Of a stretch of DNA of 64,000 bases, positions 1 through 9,311 are shown one piece after another. Origin of the DNA: Chloroflexota bacterium (GTDB taxonomy: Bacteria > Chloroflexota > Dehalococcoidia > Bin125). Made by a program: the position numbers and the translations under genes. Within the stretch, counting starts at the first letter, position 1; the number at the start of each line of letters is the position of its first letter. The stretch covers positions 52,611-116,610 of the forward strand of contig JAPPJZ010000062.1 of NCBI GenBank assembly GCA_028874365.1. The letters run 5' to 3'. Under the pieces are notes generated by a model, which was not told where the DNA came from, ran no database searches, and saw only the letters and a program-made list of their open reading frames with translations.

Positions 1-871
1 CGTTCAGATTCAACCCTGGCGGCAACTCCGAGACCATCGCCGCCTCCGCCTGCCAGCCGGCTCGAGCCCGGTCCAGCAATCCCGACACCTCCGCGATGGC
101 CGCCGCCGTCCTCACTCCCCACCAGGTCAGATTCTGACCGTCGCAGAGGTACACGTGCCCCTCGCGCGCGGCAGACAGCCGCTGCTGGGCCAGCAGCTCC
201 TCGGCGTGACGTTCGCGAAATCGATACGGCTCCGACGGCAGCAGGATCACGTCGGGATCCAGCTCGATCAACTCGGTGAGCTGTAGCCGCGGGTAGCGCC
301 CGCGGGTCGATTCCTCGCAAACGTTGATCGCCCCGCATACGCGGAGCAGGTCGCCGATGTATGTGTCGCCCGACGCGGCCATGTACGGGTTGCGCCAGAT
401 CAACGCCGCCGCTCGAACCCGAGGTCGCAGCCGCTGGATGTGACGCTGCTCTTCGAGCGCTTCCTCCAGCCCATCGCTGATCTTCAGAGTGATGCCGCCG
501 ACCAGGCGAGCCACATTCTCAATCTCGGCCTTCGCCTCCTCGGCAGTCCGCACGTCCCCGACATAGACGTTCAGCCCGGCCTTGCGCAGCGCGACGACAT
601 CCTCCTCGTTGTTCTCCTCGCGATTAGCGAGCACCAGCTGTGGGTTGAGCCCAATGATTCGCTCGACGTCGGGATTCTTCGTTCCCCCGACCTTGCGGAT
701 CGCATTCGTGACCTCTGCCGGCTCGACGCAGAACCTCGTCACCCCGACCAGCCGATTGCCGAGCCGCATCGAGCAGATCAGCTCGGTGAACGACGGCACG
801 AGCGAAACGATCTCGCGCGCCGGACGCTCCAGATCGAGCTCGGTGTCGGTCGCATCAACTACGCTTGGCAT
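1..871 (-). CDS. BtuF/FhuD-type (Peripla_BP_2-like) substrate-binding protein, C-terminus runs off window; no signal peptide
   Basis: Minus-strand frame translated by hand: MPSVVDATDTELDLERPAREIVSLVPSFTELI...RYPRLQLTELIELDPDVILLPSEPY...VYLCDGQNLTWWG. These are the classic helical-backbone binding-protein motifs. ATG at 871 is bounded by an in-frame stop at 902-904. Not in the ORF track because the 3' end is cut by the window edge. Confidence 0.6.
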   Translation of the reverse strand, partial: MPSVVDATDTELDLERPAREIVSLVPSFTELICSMRLGNRLVGVTRFCVEPAEVTNAIRKVGGTKNPDVERIIGLNPQLVLANREENNEEDVVALRKAGLNVYVGDVRTAEEAKAEIENVARLVGGITLKISDGLEEALEEQRHIQRLRPRVRAAALIWRNPYMAASGDTYIGDLLRVCGAINVCEESTRGRYPRLQLTELIELDPDVILLPSEPYRFRERHAEELLAQQRLSAAREGHVYLCDGQNLTWWGVRTAAAIAEVSGLLDRARAGWQAEAAMVSELPPGLNLN

Positions 872-929
872 ACTGCTGAGGCTATCAGCGCGCCGTGCTC
901 GTCAGCGGCGCTCCTGGTCGGGAATTCAA

Positions 930-1829
930 ATGACGATCGCACCGGTCTCCGGCGCCGAAGTCGCGCTCCGCGATGTGACCGTCGGCTACGGCGGGCATCG
1001 AGTCTTCGAACACCTCACCCTGAACATCCCCGGCGGCGTCTTCACCGGCATCATCGGAGGCAACGGCTCGGGCAAGAGCACGCTGCTCAAGACCATCGCC
1101 GGACTGCTGTCCCCGTCCCAGGGCGACGTAACGGTTGGCGGCGATTCGCCCACCGCCGCGCGCGCATACCTCGGCTACATGCCCCAGGTCAGCAACGTCG
1201 ACTGGCGGTTCCCGCTGACGGTTCGTGAACTCGTCGCGATGGGGCGCTACCAGTTCAGCTGGAAGCGCCGCATCGGCCGACTCATCCGTTCCCAGGAGGA
1301 TCGCATCGCCGTTGATCGCGCGATGGCGATGATGGACGTCCAGGATCTGCACGATCGCCAGATCAACGAACTCTCCGGCGGCCAACGCAAGCGCGCGCTG
1401 ATCGCGAGGGCGCTGGCCAGGCAGCCGCGAATCCTGTTGCTCGACGAGCCCTCCGCCGCGCTCGACGCAGTCTCCGACGATCAGCTCTTCGATGTGCTCT
1501 GCGAGCTGACCGACCTCGGCACCTCTGTGATCATGACCACCCACGATCTGTCGACCGTGATTGAGCACTACGCCGAGGTGATCTGCGTGAACGCGACCGG
1601 AGGCGGTATCGTTGCCCAGGGCCCGCCCACGGAGGTCCTCACGGAGGAAGTCCTGCGCCGCACCTTCGGGCGCGAACTGGCGATCTTCTCCCGTGGTGAC
1701 ATGCACCTGGACGAATCAGAGCCTCGCGAACATCACACATTGCGCCTCGCCGACGAGCTGCAGCTTCACATGGACGAGCACGAGCATCGCGCCGGCCATG
1801 TCCACGGCGCATCACGTGAGCGTGATTAA
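930..1829 (+). CDS. ABC transporter ATP-binding protein, ZnuC/MntB-like metal-type, His-rich C-terminal tail
   Basis: Walker A GGNGSGKST, signature LSGGQRKR, Walker B LLLDEPSAALD, H-loop TTHDL, EVICVN motif like ZnuC EVLCLN. Tail HMDEHEHRAGHVHG. Real start is MTIAPVSG at 930; the track ORF 582.. is an upstream in-frame extension. Confidence 0.85.
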   Translation: MTIAPVSGAEVALRDVTVGYGGHRVFEHLTLNIPGGVFTGIIGGNGSGKSTLLKTIAGLLSPSQGDVTVGGDSPTAARAYLGYMPQVSNVDWRFPLTVRELVAMGRYQFSWKRRIGRLIRSQEDRIAVDRAMAMMDVQDLHDRQINELSGGQRKRALIARALARQPRILLLDEPSAALDAVSDDQLFDVLCELTDLGTSVIMTTHDLSTVIEHYAEVICVNATGGGIVAQGPPTEVLTEEVLRRTFGRELAIFSRGDMHLDESEPREHHTLRLADELQLHMDEHEHRAGHVHGASRERD

Positions 1830-2608
1830 GCGACGTCACCACCGTTGCGACTCAGCAGGGCGACCACTCTCCGTACCGACATCGTGAACTGACCCTCCGA
1901 CTCCGCGTGCTGAAGCTCGCGACGCCAGTCGTCGAACCGCCGCGCCCGGATCTGAGCCGATTCCAGCACCAGATAGCGCCGAATCGATTCCAGGGTGTCC
2001 CAGGCCAGGGAGCCGGGCTGGAGCGTGTCGGTACTGATCGTCACGTTCGAAATCGCGTCGACCGAGAGACCAGCCTCAGCGCCGCGTGATCGAATCCTGC
2101 GGCGCAAGTTCTCAGGCGCGCCCTTCGTATAGGCGCTCACCAGGTCGCGGCCATGCTCAGCCTCGTCCACCTGGAACCAGAGCCCTTCCCAATCGGTCTG
2201 AACCAGCAGGATCGGACCGCTGTTCACCCGCGCAATCTCGGCCAGTGTCACGGTCGGATGCCGCAACCATTCGAAGACGTCGACCAACAACGCCGAATTG
2301 AAGCTCTGATCGGCGAACGGCAACCGTTGCGCGTCGGCGCGGACGACGCCCCAATCCGCCGGCCCCAACCAGTGCCCTGGTGAGGCCGCGTCGATCGCGA
2401 CGCCATGTAGCGGCGTGCCCATCGTGATCGCCGCCAACGCGAGTCCATCGCCCGTTCCGACATCCAGGACCGGCCGGGCGTCGCGCGGCGCACGCCCATT
2501 CAGCAGCAGGTCGTAGAGCGAGTCGTAGTGTCGCTGCAACTCCTGGTGAATGACCGGGAGTTCGCCGCCCGGGCGCAACGGCGGCGCCAGCGTTCGATGG
2601 TGCGGCAC
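1826..2608 (-). CDS. class I SAM-dependent methyltransferase
   Basis: LDVGTGDG glycine-rich SAM motif, methyltransferase-11-like layout. 4-nt convergent overlap with ABC ATPase stop. Confidence 0.7.
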   Translation of the reverse strand: MPHHRTLAPPLRPGGELPVIHQELQRHYDSLYDLLLNGRAPRDARPVLDVGTGDGLALAAITMGTPLHGVAIDAASPGHWLGPADWGVVRADAQRLPFADQSFNSALLVDVFEWLRHPTVTLAEIARVNSGPILLVQTDWEGLWFQVDEAEHGRDLVSAYTKGAPENLRRRIRSRGAEAGLSVDAISNVTISTDTLQPGSLAWDTLESIRRYLVLESAQIRARRFDDWRRELQHAESEGQFTMSVRRVVALLSRNGGDVA

Positions 2609-2618
2609 GACCGGCGCC

Positions 2619-3029
2619 TCAGGCCCACTCGGACGCGATGATCGGCTGCCGCCCCGCGAACCCGTCGGCCAACTCGTGCCACCAGCTCACCGTCCGCTCG
2701 CCGTATTGCCAGCACAGGTAGACCTCGCGTCCGTCCCGCTCCGCGCGCCAGTCGATCAGGCCCCGTCTGATGTCCTTGACCTCCACCCCCTGCCGCTGAA
2801 TGTGCTCGATCAGCTCTGCGATCTGCCCTTCAAGTTTGGCGATTTCCGCCCGGATCGCAGAGTCCTCGTTGACGACCGGATCGCCGTCCGCGCTCATCGT
2901 GCGGCTCATCGACGATGAGAGCGCCGAGAGTTCGTCGAGTCGGAGCGCTCGTTTGCGCATCACGGTCACCACCGCGGCGATCTCCGGCAGGGACCGCCGA
3001 GCCTGCGAAAGCGTGAACAGCCGCGCCAT
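2619..3029 (-). CDS. hypothetical protein (DUF2203-like, YLCWQYGE motif)
   Basis: 136-aa ORF with coding-like GC3, coiled-coil centre; family assignment from memory only. Confidence 0.45.
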   Translation of the reverse strand: MARLFTLSQARRSLPEIAAVVTVMRKRALRLDELSALSSSMSRTMSADGDPVVNEDSAIRAEIAKLEGQIAELIEHIQRQGVEVKDIRRGLIDWRAERDGREVYLCWQYGERTVSWWHELADGFAGRQPIIASEWA

Positions 3030-3079
3030 GCCACGGATTCTAGGCTGCCCGCTGATTCGCGCTCACCGGAGGTCGATGC

Positions 3080-5179
3080 TCAACGCTGCGACTCGTCGTT
3101 GGGCGACGGAGGAGCGTGCGGCAAGAACCACCAATTGTTCCGCGATTGCGCGGAGTGGTTGATGAACAGCGACCGCACGGTCGCCTCCTCAGGCGGCACC
3201 GACAGCACGATCGCCAGGTCATTCGCCAGCAGTTTCACGTTCCCTCGCGGGATTACGATTTCGCCACGCCGGTGAATCGCCGTGATCACCGATGCCTCGG
3301 GCAGCGGCAGTTGCGAGACCATGCTCGACTCGGCCTGGGAACCCGGCTCCACCCGCGCCTCGATTTCGATCGCACCGACCAATCGCCGCACTGGCGCCGG
3401 CGCCGCCCGCTGACCCGAGTCACGGTCGCTCGGCTGGGCAACCTCTCGCAGGACGTCGCGCTGCGTCAGCATGCCCATCAAGCGTGACTCGTCCTCGCGG
3501 GCGACGACCGGCAACTGGCGCACATCGTGATCGACCAGCACCGACAGCGCGTAGCGCAGGTTGTCGTCGGGGTGAACGAAGACCGGCGCGACGACCGCCA
3601 GGTCAAACGCCCGTCGATCCATCTCGCCGCGCTCAACCGCCGATGCCACGTCGGTCGCCGTCACCAGGCCGATGAAGCGGTTCTGCTGGTCGGCCACCGC
3701 CACCACGTTCCCGCGCGATTGGCTCATCGCGTTGGCCAGGTCCGCGATTGTTGCCATTCTCGACACGATTGGCGTGTCAGTGCGCATCGTCGCCGCCACC
3801 GTGAGATCGTCGAGCGGAGACGGTGCGGACTCCTCCTGGACGTCCAGGCCGGCTCGGCGCAGGCGGACGTTGTAAATCGTGTCCCGGGTCAGCAGCTGGG
3901 CCAGCGCCGCGGCCAGCGCCACCGCGGTCATCAACGGCAGGATCAGCGAGTATCCGCTGAGCTCGAACACGATGAACAGCGACGTCAACGGCGCCCGCGC
4001 CGCCGCGGCAAAGACCGCCGCCATGCCCACCACGACATACGTGCCGGTCGGCCCCACGATGCTCGGCAGCGCCGACTCGAATCCCGCACCCATCAAGGCG
4101 CCCAACGTCGCGCCCACGAACAGCAACGGCGCAAACGCCCCGCCCGAAGCGCCCGAGCCAATCGTCAGCGACGCCGCGATCAGCTTGAGCACCATCAAGA
4201 TCGCCAGCGTTGAGACGGCCGTCCCACCCTCGGCGAAGATTCTGATCTGATCCAGCCCGGACCCGAGAATGTTCGATTCGATCAGCGCCAGCACACCGAC
4301 GCCGAACAGACCCAGAATCGGTCGAACCGACATCGACACGCCGAGGAACTCGAACACGTCCTCGGTGAAGAAGCGCGTTCGGACGAAGAGAATCCCGGCA
4401 ATCGCCGCCGAGATGCCGACGATCGCATGCAGGAACAACTCCCAGCTGCTGTTGATGTCGAAGTCGGGCAGGTCGAGCCCCGCCGAGTCGCCGTAGAAAG
4501 CCACGGCGACGATGTTCGCGACCACCGCAGCCACGACCACGATCGTGAAGTTGCGCACGTTGAATCGACGCAGCACCACCTCGAGCGCGAAGAACGTGCC
4601 GGCGATTGGCGTGTTGAACGTGGCCGAGATGCCGCCCGCCGCAGCCGCCGCCACCGTCAGGACCAGCATGTCGGACGGTTGCTTCGTCACGCGGCCAATC
4701 GTCGAGGCCAGCGACGCGGCGATCAGGACGATCGGACCCTCACGTCCGGCCGCGCCGCCGCCGCCCAGCGTGAATCCGGTCGCGACCAGCTTGGCCGGCG
4801 CAATGATCGGTCGCACGAATCCGCCGGCGCGTTCGACCGCGACCATCACGTACGGCACGCCCGCGCCCTGCGATTCGGACGCGACCCGCGAGACGACGAA
4901 CGCAACCGGAATCGCCGCGATCGCCGGAACCAGCATCAGGGTCCAGCCGCCCGCGAGACCATCGAGCAGCGACGTGAGCTCGTCGAAGACCATGGTCAGA
5001 CCGTCGACCAGGGCGCTCAGCGCCACGGCCGCGAATCCCGCTGCCAGACCGACCGCCACCGCAAGCAACAGCGGCGCGAGGTTGCGCGGGACGCGAACCC
5101 GGCCGACCAGCGGCAGGCGCCAGAAGAGATGCGCCGACCGGGTGCCGAATCGCCTGGACGGACGGCTGACGAGGGACAT
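3080..5179 (-). CDS. ClC-family chloride channel with C-terminal CBS pair and TrkA-C-like domain
   Basis: GREGP selectivity motif and GSGASGG in N-terminal ~450-aa membrane domain; two CBS repeats and an RCK-C-like tail. Confidence 0.9.
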   Translation of the reverse strand: MSLVSRPSRRFGTRSAHLFWRLPLVGRVRVPRNLAPLLLAVAVGLAAGFAAVALSALVDGLTMVFDELTSLLDGLAGGWTLMLVPAIAAIPVAFVVSRVASESQGAGVPYVMVAVERAGGFVRPIIAPAKLVATGFTLGGGGAAGREGPIVLIAASLASTIGRVTKQPSDMLVLTVAAAAAGGISATFNTPIAGTFFALEVVLRRFNVRNFTIVVVAAVVANIVAVAFYGDSAGLDLPDFDINSSWELFLHAIVGISAAIAGILFVRTRFFTEDVFEFLGVSMSVRPILGLFGVGVLALIESNILGSGLDQIRIFAEGGTAVSTLAILMVLKLIAASLTIGSGASGGAFAPLLFVGATLGALMGAGFESALPSIVGPTGTYVVVGMAAVFAAAARAPLTSLFIVFELSGYSLILPLMTAVALAAALAQLLTRDTIYNVRLRRAGLDVQEESAPSPLDDLTVAATMRTDTPIVSRMATIADLANAMSQSRGNVVAVADQQNRFIGLVTATDVASAVERGEMDRRAFDLAVVAPVFVHPDDNLRYALSVLVDHDVRQLPVVAREDESRLMGMLTQRDVLREVAQPSDRDSGQRAAPAPVRRLVGAIEIEARVEPGSQAESSMVSQLPLPEASVITAIHRRGEIVIPRGNVKLLANDLAIVLSVPPEEATVRSLFINHSAQSRNNWWFLPHAPPSPNDESQR

Positions 5180-5322
5180 CGACTACATCACCCGCTCGAC
5201 GCAGCCGGCCAACACGACTCGAACCATGCTCGGGCTGCGGGAGCTACCCGTCTGAGGCTATGCCTCCCGATGGCAGCGGGCAATCAGCCTCTGCGAACCC
5301 CGCGGATCGCCGCAGGTTGCGC

Positions 5323-6717
5323 CTACTCCTCCTCCAGCGCGTCTTCTTCCTGTTCGTCGGCATCCGCGGCGTCGCCCGAATTCGCATCGTTCCCTGAACC
5401 GCCGTCCAGCGAGATCCTCAGCGCCTCCACTAGGCTGTCGCCCTGGACCGTGAACACGAACGTGTAACGCGAGGCCACCGACTCATCCATCGCCAGACCG
5501 TTGACCACGATGTCGGGCACCCCATCGCCGGTGCGATCCAGGATCTCAATCCCTGAAACGGCGCCGACCTGCGCAGCCGTGCTCGTCACCGTCCGGTAGC
5601 CGTCACCCGTCGACGAGAGCACATAGAAGCTGCTCACGCAGCCCGACTCGTCGCACGTGATCTCGCGGAACGCAAGGTCGCGGACAGCGTCACCGGTGAG
5701 ATCGACATCGACGAGCTGCTGCAAGCCCTGAACTTCCCGTGCGTAGCTCAACGCGTGGTCGTACGCGATCCGATACTTCGACGGATTGCCGGGTACCGGG
5801 TCATAGACGACCAGGTTCGAATACGGCACGGCAGCGCCGAACGAGTTCGGGTCCGTGTAGATGATCGAGGCGGAGAACTGGCCGTCGTCGGTGGTGTCGA
5901 CCAGCACGATGCGATCGTGCCCGACGGCCAGCGGAGGCATCGGCCAGGCCTTGAACAGCTCGATGATCGGCTCCACCTCGTTGATCCCGTGCAACCAGGG
6001 CAATGCCGCTGCTCCGTACTGCAGGAAGTTGGCCGGCGGATCTGGAATCGTGTCGGTCGTCTGATCGGGCCCCGGCTGCGGGAACTGCGTGTACGAGACC
6101 TGTGTTGGCGTGGCTGCCGGAACCGCAACCGTCGGCAGCTCGACGCTCGGCGGCTCGATCTGCTCATCCTCTCCCTCTTGCTGCTCATCTTCAGCCGCCT
6201 GATCCTCTTCCCCATCGTCCGATTCAGTGCTGGCCGGTTCCTGGCCCGGAATCCTCAGCTCCTGCCCCACATGCAGAACGTCGGGGTCCTGAATGCCATT
6301 CAATGTGATCAAATCATCGATACGCACGTTGAACCGATTTGCGATCTGGGCCAGCGTGTCGCCCGGCTGCACGATGTAGATGCTGGGGTCGGTCTCTGGC
6401 TCCTCGACCTCAGCAGCCGTCTGTTCCCGCTGCGCGGCATCGTCCTGCGACGACGAGGTCGTCACCCGCACGGTCTCGGTCGGTTGAGCGGTCTGTTGCT
6501 CCTGGGCCTCGGACTGTGTCGTCGCCGCCGCGGCCGTGGGCTCGCTTGTTTGCGTCGTCTCGGCTGCCGTGTCGGGACGCTCGACGACATCGGGCTGCTC
6601 GTCGTCGCCGCCGAACAATCCACACGCAGAAAGGATGAATGAGCAAATCAGCAAGATGGCAAAGAGAGCGACGAACCCGACGCCACGCCGTCGAGTATGC
6701 GTACGTGTTTGGGACAT
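5323..6717 (-). CDS. LysM-domain lipoprotein with acidic low-complexity linker and FG-GAP/VCBS-like C-terminal region
   Basis: Signal peptide plus lipobox LSAC (start MSQTRTH at 6717); LysM YIVQPGDTLAQIANRFNV...LNGI; C-terminal DGxxD repeats; E/D/Q-rich linkers. Confidence 0.7.
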   Translation of the reverse strand: MSQTRTHTRRRGVGFVALFAILLICSFILSACGLFGGDDEQPDVVERPDTAAETTQTSEPTAAAATTQSEAQEQQTAQPTETVRVTTSSSQDDAAQREQTAAEVEEPETDPSIYIVQPGDTLAQIANRFNVRIDDLITLNGIQDPDVLHVGQELRIPGQEPASTESDDGEEDQAAEDEQQEGEDEQIEPPSVELPTVAVPAATPTQVSYTQFPQPGPDQTTDTIPDPPANFLQYGAAALPWLHGINEVEPIIELFKAWPMPPLAVGHDRIVLVDTTDDGQFSASIIYTDPNSFGAAVPYSNLVVYDPVPGNPSKYRIAYDHALSYAREVQGLQQLVDVDLTGDAVRDLAFREITCDESGCVSSFYVLSSTGDGYRTVTSTAAQVGAVSGIEILDRTGDGVPDIVVNGLAMDESVASRYTFVFTVQGDSLVEALRISLDGGSGNDANSGDAADADEQEEDALEEE

Positions 6718-6811
6718 CAGTGGCACAACCGCCCCGTCGCCTGTAGCCACTCTATACACATTCCCAACTTGGGGGCGAAGCGCGAAACCGCGTCTAAGCT
6801 ACGTGTCGAAG

Positions 6812-7183
6812 CTACAAGCGCGCGAGCTGTTGACCCAGCCACGCGGCCGCCAATCCGCCGACCGCGGACACGAGCAGATTGGTCAACGCCCAGACCCAGC
6901 GGCCGCCGTTGAGCAGATGCAGCGTGTCCAACCAGACGGTCGAAAACGTGGTGAATCCGCCCAGCAATCCCACCGTGATCGCCAGGCGCATGTTGTCCGA
7001 GACGCCGAGTCGCTCCAGGAACAGCGTCGCCACGAGTCCCAGCACCAGCGTCCCGCTGAGGTTGACCACCAGGATGCCCAGCGGCAAGCCGTCGGGCTGA
7101 CCAACCCAGCGATTGAGGAGGTAGCGCAGCACGGAGCCGGCCGCGCCGCCGAGCGCAATCGAAGCGATCGCCGCAACCGTCAT
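6812..7183 (-). CDS. crcB: fluoride exporter CrcB/FluC
   Basis: 123 aa, four TM, conserved GGFTTFSTF motif. Confidence 0.85.
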   Translation of the reverse strand: MTVAAIASIALGGAAGSVLRYLLNRWVGQPDGLPLGILVVNLSGTLVLGLVATLFLERLGVSDNMRLAITVGLLGGFTTFSTVWLDTLHLLNGGRWVWALTNLLVSAVGGLAAAWLGQQLARL

Positions 7184-7186
7184 CGA

Positions 7187-8071
7187 TCAGCGGCCCGTCG
7201 ATCCGAACCCGCCGGAGCCGCGCGCCGTGTCGTCGAGGTCGTCAACCTCTTCCACCGCAGTCAGCGCCACCGGCGCCACGACGAGCTGCGCAATCCGATC
7301 ACCGTGATTGACGCGGTAGCCACGACCCGACGGCCCGCGCAGCGACATCGACACCAACAGCTCACCGCGATAGTCCGCATCGACCGTGCCCCAGCCGATC
7401 TCCACGCCCCGCCGCGTCAGTCCCGAACGCGGTCGAATCTGTATCTCATAGCCCGGCGGTGGCGCGCAGGCAATGCCGGTCGGTACCGGTTGCGGCATCT
7501 GCGAGAGGTTGAGCCAACCGCCCAACTCCGAAAGGTCGGCGTACAGATCGAGGCCGGAAGACAGCTCGGAGCCGCGCGTGGGCAACTGCGCCGCCGCGCG
7601 CAATCGCCGCACGCGCAGGGCTCCGAGCCTGCCGCCCTCCGTCACAGCCCAACGGAACGGCGGGAAGTTGTCCAGCGGTGTGTCCGCCAACACGGCTGGA
7701 TCGTCGGGCGCCTGACGCAGCAGAGCCGCCGCGTCGCCGACCGTCGTCGACACGTCCACTCCCAGGTACGACGGCGCATACGGCGCCAGGCGTTCAATTC
7801 CGGACGACAGTTTGATTCGCACCCCGCGAGGCCGGTGCGTGCCGGTCCAGTGATGCAGGCCGGCTGCCAGCAGGATCAGGCCCTGGTAGAAGCTGCGGAT
7901 TGGTCGACGCTCGACCTGCCAGATCTCTTCCCACGTCTCATGCGCATCAAAGAACTGCTTCGCGTCCCACTCCGCTGCGCCCTTCGCGAGTTCGGCGCGA
8001 TGCGCTGTCGACACTGTCGGTTCAAGCGCGAGTTGTTCCGCTCGGGACGGGATCTCACGAACTCGGGCCAT
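7187..8071 (-). CDS. dut: DUF309 domain fused to dUTP diphosphatase
   Basis: N-terminus FFDAHETWEEIW...GLILLAAGLHH (DUF309-like). C-terminal dUTPase motifs SSGLDLYA, RSGLTRRG, GTVDADYRGEL, GDRIAQLVV, RGSGGFGSTG. Stop 3 nt from crcB start, so likely an operon. Confidence 0.85.
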   Translation of the reverse strand: MARVREIPSRAEQLALEPTVSTAHRAELAKGAAEWDAKQFFDAHETWEEIWQVERRPIRSFYQGLILLAAGLHHWTGTHRPRGVRIKLSSGIERLAPYAPSYLGVDVSTTVGDAAALLRQAPDDPAVLADTPLDNFPPFRWAVTEGGRLGALRVRRLRAAAQLPTRGSELSSGLDLYADLSELGGWLNLSQMPQPVPTGIACAPPPGYEIQIRPRSGLTRRGVEIGWGTVDADYRGELLVSMSLRGPSGRGYRVNHGDRIAQLVVAPVALTAVEEVDDLDDTARGSGGFGSTGR

Positions 8072-8102
8072 CAGGCCGGCCGCCTTCTGCGTTCGCTGAG
8101 CA

Positions 8103-8657
8103 GTGAGTTGTCCCGCCGCCGTCGTTCATCGACACTGTGCGCGACGCCCCACGCGTTGGATACAGGTTGAGGTAAACATCATCGCTGATTCTGTAAACGT
8201 CCAGGCAGCGCTCGCCCAGAACTTCGAAGAACTGCGATCGTTGCTCGACGCCTGCGCCGATGACCGCCTCGACGAACGCCTCGGGCCCGTCGAGTGGTCC
8301 GTTCGCGAAATCCTGCTGCACGTCGTCCACTCCGAGCGTTGGCTGCATCCTCAGCTCATGCTGCTGCGCCGCGAGGTCGCGCCGCAACTCCCGATCCCGC
8401 CCGTCGGCGGCGTCAACCTGCCCGACACGGAGTCCGAGGCATCGCTGCCGGAACTGCGATGGGCACTGACCAGCGTGCGCGAAGACACCGAGCGTCTGCT
8501 CTCCGACCTGTCATCCGATCAGCTCCGCGAACCGGCCAACATCGAACTCGACGGCGATGTGCTCGATATGTCCCTGCGAACCATCGCGCTCACCGCCGCC
8601 GATCACCAGCTCTTCCATGTCCGCCAGATTCAACGGACGCTCGGCATCGCACCCTGA
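8103..8657 (+). CDS. DinB/YfiT-like (DinB_2 family) protein
   Basis: ILLHVVHSERW and HxxxH-type four-helix-bundle motifs; start codon uncertain (probably an internal GTG/TTG near 8160). Confidence 0.6.
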   Translation: MSCPAAVVHRHCARRPTRWIQVEVNIIADSVNVQAALAQNFEELRSLLDACADDRLDERLGPVEWSVREILLHVVHSERWLHPQLMLLRREVAPQLPIPPVGGVNLPDTESEASLPELRWALTSVREDTERLLSDLSSDQLREPANIELDGDVLDMSLRTIALTAADHQLFHVRQIQRTLGIAP

Positions 8658-8738
8658 TCGCCATCCGCCCACGCTTGCCATAATCGATAGCCTGCGCGCA
8701 CCGGCCCCGCGCACTCCGCTCATTCAGGGAGCTTCGCA

Positions 8739-9308
8739 ATGCAACGCACCGCCGACGAGTACCCGGCCCGTCTCGACATCGAGTACCCGCAATCGCTCGA
8801 TCGCATCTCGACCCTGCTCCGACCGATCCTCGCAATCCCCGTCGTCGTCCTGCTCTGGTTCATCCCGCCGATGCTCTGTACGCCGGTCGCCCTGGTGCTC
8901 GTGGTGCGTCGCAAGTATCCGCGCTGGTGGTTCGACTTCAATCTCGAAGCCACCCGCTTCCACAACCGCGTCTATGCCTATCTCAATCTGATGACCGACC
9001 GGTATCCATCGACGGACGAAGAACAGTCGGTGCGGCTTGACCTCGACTACCCCGACGCCGCCCAGCTCAACCGATGGCTGCCGTTGTTCAAGTGGTTCCT
9101 GGCGATTCCGCACTACATCATCATCTGGGTGCTGGTCGGCATCCAGAACATCGTCGTGTTGATCGCCTGGTTCGCGATCCTGTTCAGCGGAACCTATCCG
9201 CGACCGCTGTTCACCTTCATGCTCAACGTCGAGCGCTGGGTCCTCCGCGTCGAGGCCTACGCCTTCCTCCTGATCACCGACCGCTACCCACCCTTCCGCC
9301 TCGGCTAG
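8739..9308 (+). CDS. DUF4389 domain membrane protein
   Basis: KYPRWWFDFNLE motif and two hydrophobic segments typical of DUF4389. Confidence 0.7.
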   Translation: MQRTADEYPARLDIEYPQSLDRISTLLRPILAIPVVVLLWFIPPMLCTPVALVLVVRRKYPRWWFDFNLEATRFHNRVYAYLNLMTDRYPSTDEEQSVRLDLDYPDAAQLNRWLPLFKWFLAIPHYIIIWVLVGIQNIVVLIAWFAILFSGTYPRPLFTFMLNVERWVLRVEAYAFLLITDRYPPFRLG

Positions 9309-9311
9309 CAG

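Noticed and set aside
440-1706. Track ORFs 440..1228(+) and 885..1706(-)
   Set aside because: They are antisense to the BtuF-like gene and to the ABC ATPase gene respectively; the sense frames carry clear family motifs.
8072-8160. Fluoride (crcB-motif) riboswitch upstream of the dut-crcB operon, and likewise upstream of the ClC gene (5180-5322)
   Set aside because: Only a partial CUGAUGG match that coincides with the start codon; conserved GAUGG...AACCGCC...GAUGAUGCCUAC cores absent in both leaders.
6536-8170. Very long ORFs antisense to real genes (for example 6536..8170+, 24746..26713+, 42996..45254+, 47786..49930-, 55339..57573-)
   Set aside because: Arg/Pro/Ala-rich translations with no domain signatures, fully overlapping well-supported genes on the other strand; typical stop-codon-poor antisense frames of a 68% GC genome.
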